Positions 37,886 to 49,470 of a stretch of DNA of 64,000 nt are shown piece by piece (the first letter of the stretch is position 1; each line of letters opens with the position of its first letter). The notes under the pieces were generated by a model. That model was not told the DNA's origin and made no database searches. It worked only from the letters and a program-made list of their open reading frames with translations. Both the position numbers and the translations under genes were made by a program. The stretch is from Squalus acanthias. Its lineage: Eukaryota. The DNA is taken from NCBI GenBank assembly GCA_030390025.1, contig CM059447.1, positions 3,534,001 to 3,598,000 of the forward strand, in the 5' to 3' direction.

Positions 37886-40800
37886 AAAGGCACAAGATTA
37901 AATGTAAGAGATTTAGGACCGAGATTAGGAGAAACTTTTTTTATACAGAGGGTTGTGAGGATATAGACTGCACTACCAGAGTTGGTGGTTGAAGCAGAGA
38001 CCATGTCAACTTTGAAGAATAGGTTAGAGTATTTACAGATCTTAATCTGAGATTGCATGATCAAATCGGGCGATCCAGTGCTGAGTAAGATAATTGTTCC
38101 TTGCTCAAGTTGTGATTTCTCAAACCTCTGGATTTGCTTCAATGGGGCAATAGGTATGCTTAAAATTGACTTTAATATGAGTGAAATTAAGTTTGTGATC
38201 TTTGATCAAGGATCTCTTAAAGACCGTTTGAATAATTATTATTATTGTTATTTCATTTTGTGCCAGACAAAAACCAACTCATTTGCTTTGATACAAAGAC
38301 CAGCGTGGTAATGATTTTCTAAATGAGATGTTGTCAGCACAAATGCTTACCTCATTCAAACTGTCTCTGCACAGACCAGTAACATTTCTGCCTTGCCAGC
38401 AGGAGAAATATATTCAGAAGTTTTGAGCAGAGCTTAAATACTAAACTAAATCCTACTGTAAAAGCAGGTCTGCATACAAGTGAAAATCCTTGCTTGTTGA
38501 TCCTCTCATTATTGAGGTTTGCTGAGTTGCCATTGTTGGGGTGTTCTTTTTATTTACTCCCTATTAAATGCAATTTTTGCAGTATTTACACGAATAAGGA
38601 AGTATTTCTGATGGCATAGGAAGGCAGATGCACATTTTGATGTCTGGTGCTCCTACATGGGTCCCCAGAAGCCCTTGCATTCGTACTGGATTATGGTGAA
38701 TCCAAGAGTATTTACAAAGTGTGTTAAAGACTTCCAGAAGTATTAAGAGTGCTATGTTCCTATTTTAAAATTGCCCCAATGGAAACTTAACCTCAGTTTT
38801 TAAAATGTTTCTATTTATAAGAACATAAGAAATAGGAGCAGGAGTAGGCCAGTCTTTTTTGCCATTTAATGCCAAGCCACCATTGCCTGACCTGCTCCCA
38901 GGACTCTGCTGTTGATCTGGTCTCTGACTCCAGCCCTATCCTGTTGGGTATGTGCCTGGCCTTTGCTCGGAATTAGTGCTCCAGTATATTGTGCCAGAAG
39001 GCACTGATCTTTGACTACCTCAATGTTAGCAAAAGAACAGCCCACCGTTCTATTTTGTTCTGCTGATAGTTTTGTATGGAAATATTGAACACTTCATGTG
39101 CTACTCTTAATCAGTTCCAAATTGGAAAGGATGTCAGCAAATTGGACTGACATTATGATCCCAATAATTGTAAGTCTGATAGTCTTCTGTAAATCCCTAT
39201 CTTTAAACTACTTAAATATAGAAGTACATTGGATGAAAAGTATGCTACACAAAACTAAGTGAATCTTTTAACCATAGTTTCTAAAAATGGTTGTTTCCTG
39301 GAAATCCATTATCTTTAAATTTGTTGTGGAGGTGGAGAAATCCGCTGTAATGTTTCATTAACTGGTAGTTTATCTCGCCATTCGCAGAGTTAGCAAGGGA
39401 GATGTATTCCACTGAATTTTTTATCTAATCCCAAATGTTATAAAATAACCTAATTGAACACTGATGACATGAAGTTCTGCTACAATGACAATGTTATTAA
39501 CAATGGTGCAATAACTCCAGGTTGTGGCGGGGGGGGGGGAGAAAATTGAACAAAAAAAAGGTGCTGGCTGGCGAAGATTTTGCTTTTATGTCATGACATT
39601 AAAGTGAAACTTTAGGATATATTTTAGGAAGTGGGGGTGTTTCTACACAAAATATATATTGTTGGCTTCTTCCAAGCACTAGATCTGAAGTACATAGGAT
39701 TTTGTAGCAAGGTGACTGAAGAGAAGTCAGTAATTGTGCAGATAGTTCACTTTTTATGACATTCGGAATATGGACCAATTCATATGAATGTGAATGCCCA
39801 CCTCATTCTTTACATGCAATTTATTTCACAAGAAAGTGGAAAATTCTTTCCAGTCCTGCATCATCCAACCAAACGAGAGTGTTCTCTTGCTTTTTGTGGG
39901 AATTTGACAGGTGCCCATGGTCATTCCTGCATGATTACCCTTCCCTAGGATTGAAGTTGCAGCCAATAAATGTGAGGCAACTTCATAAAAGGGTGTTTGA
40001 GGAAGGTGTTCCATGCAATTGAAAGACACTGCAACATATCGTTGATTTAAAGAAAAATACTGGTATTTATCTGACTTGAGTCAGTGTTTGGTTCTGCTCA
40101 TTTAAACAATGATTAAAAATAAATGCTTCAGTGACAAAACTGATGAATGTGAAGGATATTCATGTTTATTGTGAAAATCATTCCCAAGTCTTTTGTAACA
40201 GTATGATGTTTGTACGTTTCGTTTTATTTGTGCTGTGTTCGACTTAAATTTCTATTTGTTGTGAATGGGTTGCCAATAAAAAAAAATGATTGCCCAATAA
40301 AGGAATGGATCATCAGCTCAGGATTTTAATATTAATGGTCATTAATCTGTACCATTCACTGAGACTCAGGGGAAGAATTCCTGTCAAGATTGTTAACTTG
40401 TATATATTTAATACTTTTTTTTTTAAAAAGTCGTTTTACATGTATTATTGAAACCTTACAACACCTCCTCTGAGGTGTCTTTTAACCTTCAGATCATATA
40501 CCTCAATCAGCTTTATTACTATTTGAAATAAACCATTTAGTATACATTGTGTACAAAAATAGCTGTCCGTGAGCTACAAGGTGGTAATTCAGATTCAGGC
40601 ATCTGACTTCACTGACTGTTTGACATTCTCAGAATCCTTGATTGAATTACAGTTTTGGAATTCGTAGCTATCTATTACTACTTATGTATGTATGTGTATG
40701 CATATATAAATTGTATGTATTGTAAAATATACCAGATAATGCAGAATGCTAGTAGAAGGCTGCAATCTAGTCTTGGGATATAGATAACTCTGCTAAACTG

Positions 40801-41459
40801 GTCAGGCTTTATTTACTCTTACTGCTTCTGACAACATGGGCCCTCCCCTTATTCCAGGATTAGATTAGATTATACAGGAAACGTTTTGAGGTTTCAGTCA
40901 ACCTGTACATAATTAACTGACGTAACTTTCAAAAGGGAATACTTGAAGGGGAATAATTTGCAGGGCTTTAGGGAAAGGGCTGGGGAATGGAACTAATTGA
41001 ATAAATCTTTCAAAGACGCAATAAGCCGAATGGCCGCCTTCTGTGCTGTATCATTCTATGATTCTACAATATGCAATCTACAATAGGCCCTGCAATGGAC
41101 TTAAGTACTCCTGTAAAAAAAAATCCTCTGCATTTAATTTTAAAAACTTTCAAACAAAAATGTTTTTAAAGCTCTTGTGGAGCGGTGGCTGATAGCTCAA
41201 TTGGGGGAAACTATCTTTACAATGTTTCTGAGGCTCAATACAGAAACCCCAGCATTTGTGTGCTGTTTCTTAGCTTTGAATCCTCCCATTGAAAGTAGAA
41301 GTTGTGATAAAGGTATTGCGGTTAAAATCATAGCATGCAGCCAAGTATAAGGAGTCCAATCTATCCTTGTTAGTAACACTAACTCTTGACATAGTTTTAT
41401 TAAAGTGACATTGTGAAAACTGTTTAGTCAATCCGATACAGTAAAAGGGAAGAAAATAG

Positions 41460-41830
41460 ATTCCCTCAATAGTTCAGTTGGTAAATCAGCATCTAAACGA
41501 GCATACAATTCCAGGTTTGATTCCTAGTCTGTTCTTCGTTAATTTATTTCAGATGGTGTGGCAGATGTTCTCCGTATCCTTGGGATGCGGAGAGGAACAT
41601 CAGTCAGAGCTTCTCTTTCTGATTGTTGTCCAGTGTCATCCTGCCAGAAAGTCCACTTGTTTCAGTGTCAGCTGAGGGTGGGATAGGGTAGAATCAGACT
41701 TGGCTATGATCTTGCCCACTGTTACATAGCCTGCATTCACTGTCTAGCCTCCAGAAAGAATGGCCTTTTGGGCACCATCAAACTGTGCCACAGCAGCAGT
41801 TGATGAATTCAGGAGAGGAAGCAAAGGAGG
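41460..41830 (+). mobile_element. AmnSINE2-like SINE, degenerate
   Basis: tagttcagttgg head, ccaggtttgattcc B-box, cactgtctagcc...gaatggcc...ttcaggagagga. Confidence 0.55.
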
Positions 41831-41904
41831 TGTGCAAATTGGTTAAAAAAAAAATTATAGGTTGTTAAGGGCGATAATATTCTACTGCACTTCTCTGCAT
41901 TGGT

Positions 41905-43218
41905 GCTACAGCTATACAAAGCCCTGGTTAGACCACATCCGGAGTACTGTGTACAGTTCTGGGCAATGCACTGTAGAAAGGATATATTAGTCTTGGAAGA
42001 TTCATCAGAATGTTACCAGGGCTCCAAGGGTTAAGTTATGAGGAGAGATTACGTAAACTAGGATTGTATTCCCTGGAATATAGAAGTTAATTTTTTTTTG
42101 AAGATAGGAGCAGGAGTAGGCCATTCGGCCCCTCGAGCCTGCTCCGCCATTCAATGCGATCATGGCTGATCATCTAAATTCAGTACCCTGTCCCTGCTTT
42201 CTCCCCATATCCCTTGATCCCCTTAGCCTTAAGAAATATATCTAACTCCTTGAATATATTTAATGAATTGGCTTCAACTGCTTTCTGTGGTAGAGAATTC
42301 CACAGGTTCACCATTCTCTGGGTGAAGAAATTCCTCCTCATCTCGGTCTTAAATGGCTTACCCCTTATCCTCAGACTGTGACCTCTGGTTCTGGACTCCC
42401 CCGCCATCGGGAACATCCTTCCTGCATCTAGTCTGTCCAGACCTGTCAGAATTTTATAAGTTTCAATGAGATCCCCTCTCATTCTTCTAAACTCTAGCGA
42501 ATATAAGCCTAATCGACCCAATCTCTCTTCATACGTCATTCCTGCCATCCCAGGTATCAGTCTGGTGAATCTTCGCTGCACTCCCTTCATGGCAAGAACA
42601 TCCTTCCTCAGATAAGGCGACCAAAACTGCACACACTACTCAAGGTGTGGTCTCACCAAGGCCCTGTACAACTGCAGCAAGACATCCTTGCTCCTGTACT
42701 CTAATCCTCTCGCTATGAAGGCCAACATACCATTTGCCTTCTTAACCGCCTGCTGCACCTGCATGCTTACCTTCAGCGACTGGTGCACAAGGACACCCAG
42801 GTCTCATTGCACTTCCCCTTTTCCCAATCTATTGCCGTTATGGGGTGCTTTTATTGAGGCTTTTAGAATTTTGATAGGAATTGATAGGGTCGACAGAGAG
42901 AAACGTTGGTAAGGGAGTCCAGGATAAGGGGACATAACCTTAAAATCAGAACCAGGCCATTAAGGAGAGAAGTTAGGAAACACTTCTTCACACACAGGGT
43001 GGTAGAAATGTGGAACTCTCCGCCACAACAAGCAGTAGATGCTAGCTCAATTAATAATTTTAAATCTGAGATTGATAGATTTTTGCTAGTCAAGAGTATT
43101 AAGGGTTATGCAGCCAAGGTGGGTAGATAGAGTTTGGATACAGATCAGCCATGATCTCATTAAATAGAAGAACAGAATCGAAGGGCTGAACGGCCTACTA
43201 CTATTCCTATATTCCTAT
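41905..43218 (+). mobile_element. CR1 LINE 3' end (outer copy: 41905-42089 plus 42837-43218), split by an antisense CR1
   Basis: The CR1 sequence (...tattccctggaatatagaagtta | gttatggggtgcttttattgag...) resumes across the insertion; ORF 42906..43130 continues CR1. Confidence 0.85.
42090..42836 (-). mobile_element. CR1 LINE 3' end (inner, younger copy)
   Basis: ORF 42180..42632 is an intact CR1 C-terminus (QFWSPYLRKD...VNLWNSLP); gtta on both sides. Confidence 0.95.
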
Positions 43219-43425
43219 AGAGGGCTGGGCTGTGTTATTTGCCTACTGCCTTGAATGGTTTGTGGCATAGAGAAACCAAAAAGTGGAGCCGGGGGGGGGG
43301 GGTAAAAGGAAAAATAGGAGTCATCTGTTTGCTTTTCTTTTGAAGTCAACTTTGATCAAAACAATACTCGTAGAATATTATATGAATGGTTGATCTGATT
43401 CTAGTACCTCTTGTATTGTTTCCAG

Positions 43426-43559
43426 ATATATTGGGAGATCAGATTCTATAACCATCAGCGTTTGGAATCACAAGAAAATCCACAAAAAACAGGGTGCTGG
43501 TTTCCTTGGCTGTGTGCGACTCCTTTCCAATGCCATCAATCGCCTTAAAGATACTGGTT
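43426..43559 (+). CDS. SMURF2: SMURF2 coding exon 4 (YIGRSDSITISVWNHKKIHKKQGAGFLGCVRLLSNAINRLKDTG)
   Basis: tttccag acceptor, gtgagt donor; 134 nt; in frame with exons 3 and 5. Confidence 0.97.
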
Positions 43560-45297
43560 GTGAGTATAAACAAATTTGATAGTCTACATTTTTTTTTTTA
43601 TCTTCACCAATATCATAACTCTCAACTGTCCCGTTTTAATTGGTAAAACCTTGATCATTGAGGAAAGCAAAAGCAAACTGATTTTCCACTTGCATAGAAC
43701 CCTGTACTCCTGCACCAAACATTGACCTGAATTTCACCCTTTCAACACTTTGCAGGTTGAGAGGCATGAATAATGTGAATTATTTGTTTCGCTGACACTT
43801 TTGGATTGTTCATCAGCTTAAAGTTGCTCTGCCACATTGAAATATGATTTTTTTTTTTACAAGTACGTCAATTGAGTACTAATGTCCAGCAAGAATGAAT
43901 GGAAGGAAATGGATTCAGTTCCCTTTTGCCAAATTGTCAGTCTGTTGCACTGCTGTGGGCGGCGTCAAATGGCTTCTCGGGACCTCCCCAAAGGGGGAAG
44001 CAGTTACCGGGTTGCTGTTGTGTGACTCCTGGAGGCATTTACCTGTTGTCTCAGCTGTACATGCTGTGTAGCCCAGTGAGGCTGAAGGGGACTAGGGGAA
44101 AATGGATGGATTCATACTGTTTTTAAATTTCAAAACTGAATTCAGATTACTTGATCTGTGCTCTTCTACTCCACCTCTTCCATCTGCTTCTTCAAGGTCC
44201 TGAAATGTTAACTTGTGAATGTGGTGTCATTCCCAATGATTGGCCCTATACTTGGTTCCCCCCTTTCTTTCCACGCCACCCCCCAATTTTTTTTTGCTGA
44301 AGTAGAGTGATTGATTAAGTTCTTAGGTTATTACCAAATACTTGTGAAGAACTCGTCAAAAGGTTGATTTTAATTGCAAGGGTCATGGGCACTTTGCATT
44401 TAAGAGCACCCATTGTGCAAAATAATGCTCTATTTGCTTGTAATACTAACTCCATAGTACACTCGTGGAAACCAAGCGCCTTATTGTTGTGTTCGAAGAG
44501 CCTCTAATACTGAAGTTCTAAACTCTATGATAATAAAGTCCTTGATCGTATAAATAGGTTGTGACTCAAACTAAAACAATATTATATACATAAATCTCAG
44601 GAATTAGAATGCTTTGTCAATGTTTTTTCTGTGGGAAACTCCTTCCTTATCGCTTCTCTTTCTCTCCTGGTGTCCCCGAGTGACCTGCCAACTGCAGGCT
44701 GCTCCCAGGTTTCTGCAATTGCTGCTCCAAACTACTCACTGGGAGATGTGCGAAGTAGTTAGGGGGTGACCCTTCCTGTGAGGCTTCTTCCTTCCTACAG
44801 TCATATGGTGGAGATCAGGAACGCCATTGAGGTGCATCCCATCATTGCTGCACATTGTTGCTCCAATATATTCCACCACCGTGCTGCCACCTATTTTGTA
44901 TATTTTTTTAATTTCTCCCTCTCTTCCCCTCCCACTTAAATTATGTTTTCCTTATTAATATATTGCAGTGTAGTTCCCATTCACCAGAAGATTCACTCCA
45001 GATTTTTAATAACAGTTTGTTAAATCAAGGCTTTCTGTTTGAAGTATATGTAATTGTAGTTATGCACCCATTGTAATCACTGAAGTTCAAAGGAGTTATG
45101 GCATGAAGTTAAAGGTTAGCTCCTGTTAGAGACTACAGAATGCTTAGCACTTACTGGTTTAAAAACTGTCTGTGTGCTGTTAACTTTGGCAAAAGCTTCA
45201 ATTAGTCTGAATCACGCGTGACACTGCTGAATATCGTGTGACAATGCCGAATATTTCTAAGAGAAAACAGATAATGAGAAATTTTCATTTTCCACAG

Positions 45298-45363
45298 ATC
45301 AGAGACTGGATCTATGCAAACTGAGCCCTAACGACAATGATACAGTAAGGGGGCAGATAGTAG
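45298..45363 (+). CDS. SMURF2: SMURF2 coding exon 5 (YQRLDLCKLSPNDNDTVRGQIV)
   Basis: ttttccacag acceptor, gtatgt donor; 66 nt; NDNDTVRGQIV is SMURF2-type. Confidence 0.96.
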
Positions 45364-45669
45364 GTATGTATAAAAAAATGTAATAAAGGTAATTGTTGGA
45401 ATACTTGGCACTGAAATATTTAAGCGTTCAATGGTGTAGAGGCTTAGTGCACTCTTCTGTCTTATAATGGTATGTCACAGGATTGACATTTGTGCGAGTG
45501 ATCACCATGCAGTGATGTTCTGATCTCACTTGGTGAGAGGTATCACTCAATAAGAGAAGGCAACGTGATTTTCTGCAGGTGAAAATAAATCTCGGGGCGA
45601 ATCAGCCTGGAATACTTTGTAGTAATTGAAGATTGTTGCAAAGGCTGGGGACAGGACATTTGCCTGGGG

Positions 45670-45970
45670 AATGCAGAAAAAGAGAGCGTAATCTTAAAAT
45701 TAGAGGCGGGCCATTTAAGAGTGAAATCTGGAAGCATTTTTTAACGCAGAGGGTAGTGGAAATCTGGAACTTTCTCCCCCAAAAGGCTGTGGATCCTGGG
45801 TCAGTTGAAATTTTCACGACTTGGATTGATAGATTTTTGTTGGGTAGGTGTATCAAGGAATATGGAACAAAGGCAAGTAAATGGAGTTGAGGTACAGATC
45901 AGCCATGATCTAATTGAATGGCGGAACAGGCTCGAGAGGCTGAATGGCCTCCTCCTGTTCCTATGTTCCT
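45670..45970 (+). mobile_element. CR1 LINE 3' end
   Basis: NLKIRGGPFKSEIWKHFLTQRVVEIWNFLP; tail aatggcctcctcctgttcctatgttc. Confidence 0.85.
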
Positions 45971-46135
45971 CTTGGTTGAAGAATGGCATTTGGCACAGAG
46001 GAACCAGACGAAGAGAGAAAATCTGTTTGTTTTATTTATTTAATGTATTTATCTTATTTATTTGTGTGTTTCTAAATGAGCGGAAAATGTACAAAAATAA
46101 ATTGACTGAACTGACTTCTTGTTTATCTATTACAG

Positions 46136-46220
46136 TAAGCCTTCAGTCTAGGGATCGGATAGGCAGTGGAGGTCCTGTGGTGGATTGCAGTCGTTTGTTT
46201 GATAATGACTTGCCAGACGG
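46136..46220 (+). CDS. SMURF2: SMURF2 coding exon 6 (VSLQSRDRIGSGGPVVDCSRLFDNDLPDG)
   Basis: ttacag acceptor, gtaaga donor; 85 nt; SRLFDNDLPDG separates SMURF2 from SMURF1; visible at the end of ORF 45805..46224. Confidence 0.96.
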
Positions 46221-46688
46221 GTAAGAAATAAGTGGTAATATCGGTGTTTGAGAAGTTTGGTGAGAAATTGAAGCAATTATAAAATGTTGCAACCTGCTAC
46301 TAGTAAATAGCTCTTTGAGAAAATGTTAAAAGTAGAACTACTTTGGGTTTTAGGATTTAGTGTTTAATTAACCTGAAGTTGCTAAAACAAGAATGCTTTC
46401 GCTAGCACTCGTTTGCTTTTCATTGATTTGTAATTATTTTCCGAGATGGTCTCTTTAATTTTGCACAGACAGAAAAGGTTTCAGTTTGCAGGTTCCAAGC
46501 AAATTTTTGATCTGAGGGAGAAATAAAAAAAAGATGATCTTTAAGCCAAGCTTTAATAGCTTAAGAACTTGCTCTTTTTATTTTTTTTTGTAATTCTCTC
46601 TCCTCACTTTTTAATAGGGTATGCTCATTAATAACAAACACTTCGATTAAAGGGAAAGTGCCTTGTGCCAAAGTTTCATATAATTATA

Positions 46689-46903
46689 AATAAAAACAGA
46701 AAATGCTGTGAACACTCAGCAGATTAGGCAGCCTTTGTGGTGAGAGGAAGGTCGGGTTAACGTTTCAGGTCAATGACCTTTATTCAGACCTGGAACATTA
46801 ACCCTACCTTGCTCTCTCCACAGATGCTGCCTGACCGGCTGCATGTTTACAGCGTTTTCTGTTGTTATTTCAGATTTCCAGCATTTGTAGTATTTTTCTT
46901 TTT
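46689..46903. mobile_element. Penelope-derived palindromic repeat containing a hammerhead-like core
   Basis: Arms aaaacagaaaatgctg...ggcagc...tgtgg...gttaacgtttcaggtc and acctggaacattaac...ccacagatgctgcc...cagcgttttctgtt are reverse complements. Confidence 0.7.
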
Positions 46904-47444
46904 GTTACACACAATTATGTTTTGCAGGTAGATGTCTTACACTTATTTTTGAGCTTCTTAAACATTTGTCACTGTATTCTTGGTCTCGGCATCCTTGGGA
47001 GTATCCATTTTATGTGGATTTCCCCTTGATACAACAATTGAAACTCCACTGCAGTGAAAACCTGAACTTTATAACAGATCAGGGAAAAGATCTCACAAAA
47101 AATGTCTGCTCAACATTGTTGACGCAAACCAGTAGTTTGGAAGCACGGGACACAGTAACAAGGAGATGTACAAAGATATTTCTTTTTTGTAACATTAGGA
47201 CTAAGGGGCAATTCATGACTTTACATTGAAAGTTGAAGCCACTATTTGAATTTTTTTTAAAGTTGCTTTCATTGGTCACTTAAGCTTTGTTGTTGGCATG
47301 AATTTGGCTGCAGGGCCACAGTGGGATATGAGAAATAATTTGACTTAACTTTAATCTAAAGGGCTGAGTAGATTATGTGCTTTTGGATGTTATGAATTGA
47401 ATTACTTTTTTTCTTTATGGAAATGCTCCCCTTCAAGCTATCCT

Positions 47445-47835
47445 ATCTCATTGAAGCGTATAATCTCATTGAAACGTATAAAATTCTTAGAGGGCTTGAC
47501 AGGGTAGATGCTGAGAGGCTGTTTTTCCCTGGCTGGAGAGTCTAGAGCTAGGGTTCATAGTCTCAGGATAAGTGGTTGGCCATTTAGGACTGAGATGAAG
47601 AGAAATTTTTTCACTGAGGGTGTGAATGTTTGGAATTCTCTTCCCCAGAGGATGCTCAGTCGATGAGTATATTCAAGACAGAGGTCGATAGATTTTTGGA
47701 CACTAAGGGAATCAAGGGATATGGGGATAGGGCAGGAAAGTGGAGTTGATGGAGAAGTTCAGCCATAATCTTATTGAATGGCGACGCAGGCTCGAGGGCC
47801 CGTATGGCCTACTATTGCTCCTATTTCTTATGCTC
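47445..47835 (+). mobile_element. CR1 LINE 3' end
   Basis: atctcattgaaacgtataaaattc...tggaattctc...ggcctactattgctcctatttcttatg. Confidence 0.9.
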
Positions 47836-49084
47836 TTATCCTCTTCCCTTTGCTGATCGGGTTTTCCTGTTCTGTGTATCAATCACAGCTGAGAGGATGC
47901 TCCTACTCATCTGCCAAGAAGTGTGAGCCAGTATCCTGGACATGGTCTTTTCTCTGCTTTCCTGTAGGGTAACGCCTGGCATTTACTCAATGTTTGGTTT
48001 TGCCCCGAGTCGATGCAGGAAAGATTGGAAGTTTAGTAACCTTGGCGTGCACCCGCATTCCACTGTACTGTGCTTCCTTGTGTTTTTAACTGAGAAACCA
48101 GTAAAATAATAAAATCTTTCCATTCTTAATATAAAAAAATCTGGAGACAATTTAACATGAGTGTCACCTAAGTCATGTGACATCTGTATTCCTTTCATGT
48201 TGTGAAAGAACTGCAAATAATCCGCTGGGTCCAAGACCACAATCTCTGAAATATGAACCTCTAAACCGAGCTGCATGTTTTACAGTAATGCAAGCTGATT
48301 GTAATTTGTTCCAAATACTGGAGCACTTTGTTCCTGTTCACACTACCGGATATAGTGAATGATGCCCAACTTAGAAAGTGAACCCTTTGTCACGACACAT
48401 ATATAAGGAATGCGAAAGTTCCACTTGGCTCATCTGGCACATTTGTCTAGAATCACGACCACTGGATCAGAGTCCTAGACGTTCATTTCCCTCCCAATCC
48501 TCAACTCCATTCCAGCTTAACCACAGTTCCCAATTAGAATTCCATTTCAAACCCAGTTTCAGATTTGTTTTATCCTCGCCTTATCCTGTAATCCTCAAAT
48601 TTCTGTTGCAACAAAAACTTGCCCACCTTTTTTAATGAGTGATAATTCTTGTGTTATTACACTAGTATTTTTCTTGCCCCATCTATGATCCAAGGCAAGA
48701 ATTTCTCACCTAACTAGTTTACCTTGGCACCTTGCTTGCTTGGTGTACGTCACAACACAAAAGAACAGTTTGCAGGCAACATTGAAGATGATGGGTTATT
48801 TGCTTTGCTCTTGTGCTGAGAAAATACAGGCACTGGTGTAATCTACTTTAAAACTTTTACAGGACCCATAGTAGCTGGTAAAAGCTTTTGCTCTGGTTTT
48901 ATGCTTCAGTAAAGTTTTGATTGAGCTTACTTTGAAGACCAGGCTTATCCAGAAGCAGTATTGGTCCTAAACCTGTGTCTGGTGGAGTGACATTCCAAGT
49001 AGACTTGCAGTTGGAATTCAAATTGCCCACATTGCTGACCTGTTTGTATAATTAGAATTCATGTATTGTTGCTGATTTTATATT

Positions 49085-49470
49085 ATTCGTTCACGGGATT
49101 TGGGCGTCACTGGCAAGGCCAGCATTTATTGCCCATCCCTAATTGCCCTCGAGAAGGTGGTAGTGAGCTGCTGCCTTGAACCGCTGCAGTCCGTGTGGTG
49201 AAGGTACTCCCACGGTGCTGTCAGGGAGGGAGTTCCAGGATTCTGACCCAGCGACGATGAAGGAACAGCGATATATTTCCAAGTCAGGATGGCGTGTGAT
49301 TTGGAGGGTAACTTGGAGATGATAGTGTTCCCATGAGCCTGCTGCCCTTGTCCTTCTGGGTGGTATAGGTCGCGGGTTTGGGAGGTGCTGTCGAAGCAGC
49401 CTTGGCGAGTTGCCGCAGTGCATCGTAGATGGTACACACTGCAGACATGGCGCACTGGTGGTGGAGGGAG
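49085..49470 (-). mobile_element. CR1/L2-group LINE 3' end (same family as 5203-5735)
   Basis: ORF 49139..49423 MHCGNSPRLLRQHLPNP...GSESWNSLP is nearly collinear with ORF 5257..5628. Confidence 0.88.

Noticed and set aside
42180-42632. Active retrotransposon ORF
   Set aside because: All LINE copies in the window are 5'-truncated fragments; none encodes a complete EN-RT.
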